A DNA stretch of 64,000 bases. It comes from Marsupella aquatica. Lineage: Eukaryota; Plantae; Marchantiophyta. Below, piece by piece: positions 62,244 to 64,000 of the stretch (position 1 is the stretch's first letter; each line of letters opens with the position of its first letter). The notes beneath the pieces were generated by a model, which saw only the letters and a list, made by a program, of their open reading frames with translations, did not search any database and was not told where the DNA came from. The DNA lies in assembly GCA_973895155.1 (NCBI GenBank), contig OZ316898.1, positions 7,427,079 to 7,491,078 on the forward strand. The letters run 5' to 3'. Made by a program: the position numbers and the translations under genes.

Positions 62244-63672
62244 TGTGGTATACCCGTTAGCGATAATCTTCTAAATAGGAGACATTTTTAATTTTTTTGG
62301 ATGGAAGTTAGAAACTTTGAGGTTGTAAGCAGGATAATTAGCCATAAAGAGCATTAAGTGAGTAGGGAAGAGGAACGGCCTTTACCAAGAAATGAGCGCT
62401 TCAACCTGGTGACCGGTAGCAGTAAGAGCGCGAGAAAGAATGAGTACTGGCGGAGGAGCTATGCAGGTCGAGGAAGAAAACCGAAGGCTTAGGACAATTG
62501 TTGAAGCTGTAATGTGACACCACTGATTGAAGACAGGGCGCTGCGAGTAAAACAGGGATAATTTTTGGGCAGAAGTGTCAACTCATAAGAGGCGCCCTCT
62601 GTTAGTAGTTCTTAAGACAGCACTATTTACTTACTCAGAGCACCTTTAGTAAGTTTACTAAGTAGATGTTCACTATTGTTTTACCGACAGCGCTACTAGT
62701 TGATTTTCCACCATAGTAAGAAGTCTCTTTTCTAGTTAGCAGCACTCAGTACTCTACTACTTTTCATACTAGTTAAAACTACAGTATGTAGTTTAGTTTA
62801 GATCAGCCTTTCTAGATCTCATTTTAGTTACTTTTCTTTCTAGATTCTAGGGAACACTTTCTCTGCCCTGACTTTGATGATACTTAAGCCCTTGTTTTTC
62901 CTCATTTCGGGTGAGAAGGACTAAATTGGAAGCCTGGCTGTAGATGCAAGACTCCCGGTCGCTCCCTTTGTTTGTGATCTATTCAGTTGTAGAGATTGCA
63001 AATGAAGTAAATGTTTGTGTTGAGGAATTTGTTTTGAAAGATTCCTCGATAAACAAGTGTATGTTCAACTTCTGGAAATCAAGATGAATTTTATGATTGA
63101 TTGCTTACAGTGATGAGAATCATTCAAAATTCAAAGATGAATGTTTATAGGAAAGTGTCAAATCTATCATTGAGGGACAAGAGTACCATTATTATGCCCT
63201 GGACTTTTGCATTAGTGTTTTGTCTATGCCATACCTGATGCCTAGCCAAACCGTGTTGCCATCATTTTAATGCAAAGCTCGGCAATTATAATCTGAAATT
63301 TACCTCGAAAATGGTAGAGATTATATCTTTCCTGTGATCTTCTCATGACAAGAGCGAGATTTTGAAGGAGAAGAATATAGGAGAATGGGTTGAGTAAGAC
63401 CCTAATCTTTGTTGAAGGAAGGGCAATGCCATTCATATTCCTTGAATTCTTCCTTATGTAAATCCACCTTCAATCATGATTCCAGAATTAGTTGTTACTG
63501 GTTGATTTTATTCTGTGTTTGATCGGTTGAAGATAGAGAAATTTGAGAGGTCAGCTTATATCTCTTCATTAACACTATTTCCTTCAATAGCTTCCACTTT
63601 GTTCTTTACGGGATCGACTTTGGGTTATCTTTGGCTTTAAACCTTGTGTTTTATTTATAGACCTATACCACA
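62244..63672 (+). repeat. Gypsy 3' LTR
   Basis: Follows the PPT, is a direct repeat of the 5' LTR and is followed by TSD TCCAC. Confidence 0.97.
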
Positions 63673-63740
63673 TCCACGGCCTGGTGTCCCCCCACGGCCT
63701 GGGGTCCCTCCACGGCCTGATCTCCCCCCACGGCCTGGAT
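63673..63740 (-). repeat. 18-bp tandem repeat encoding (GRGGTP)-like units in the TnpA-like exon
   Basis: ccacggcctg recurs every 18 bp; the - strand frame reads PGRGGRSGRGGTPGRGGTPGRG and continues across the TSD into GTPSSASG at 53611. Confidence 0.8.
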
Positions 63741-64000
63741 TGCATTGTCCAAACCTCCCTAGAGTCCCTGCACATTTACAGGATCCATTTACAGTCACTT
63801 ACATTAGGTAAGTATGAATCATAAATCCCGCTGCCAAATATACAGTGGACTTCAGAACAATTCTGCAATGACCAAGTTACCTCTCCCTTGGCGCATAGAT
63901 GGTTCTAGACCACCTGTCCTATTGCTTTGTCTTGATGAATTAGGGGCGTTTCTCCCGCCTGTGAATGATTGCCTCCTATCTGAACGTGGATGGCCTTTGT

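Larger units (their letters stand above)
53617..63672 (+). mobile_element. Full-length, young Ty3/Gypsy LTR retrotransposon (non-chromovirus-like), 10,056 bp, TSD TCCAC
   Basis: LTRs 53617-55045 and 62244-63672 (1,429 bp each, TGTGGTATA...TATACCACA, about 4 substitutions seen by eye); TCCAC at 53612-53616 and 63673-63677; PBS; PPT gaagggggga at 62231-62240; gag-PR-RT-RH-INT order with no chromodomain. Confidence 0.98.
50450..64000 (-). mobile_element. CACTA (En/Spm) DNA transposon; other end lies beyond the window
   Basis: Terminal CACTAGTAGAAA at 50450, a subterminal region rich in agtc(g/c/t)tt / gact repeats (50460-50800), and a spliced TnpA-like gene on the - strand. Confidence 0.88.

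Overview
Eukaryotic, TE-rich plant genomic DNA; the gene and element types suggest a non-seed land plant such as a bryophyte or fern (inference only). The first ~19 kb holds three host genes: a spliced F-box/kelch gene (+), an intronless PDCD5 (-) and a five-exon Rho-GDI (-), with MITE/foldback elements and tandem arrays between them. From ~19.7 kb onward the window is a transposon graveyard. It contains a MULE-type transposase relic, a decayed Ty3/Gypsy pol, a solo LTR and a three-layer nest in which a Ty1/Copia element is interrupted by a CACTA element that is itself interrupted by a young 10-kb Ty3/Gypsy element with near-identical 1,429-bp LTRs and a TCCAC TSD. The most notable feature is a decayed retroelement (30.2-33.7 kb, - strand) in which a Gag with two CCHC knuckles is followed by a DNMT3-like cytosine-5 DNA methyltransferase domain, split by a later insertion. 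The young Gypsy also carries a second retropepsin-like ORF upstream of gag and a TGA-CAATCA readthrough-type stop between protease and RT. All translations and alignments were done by eye.
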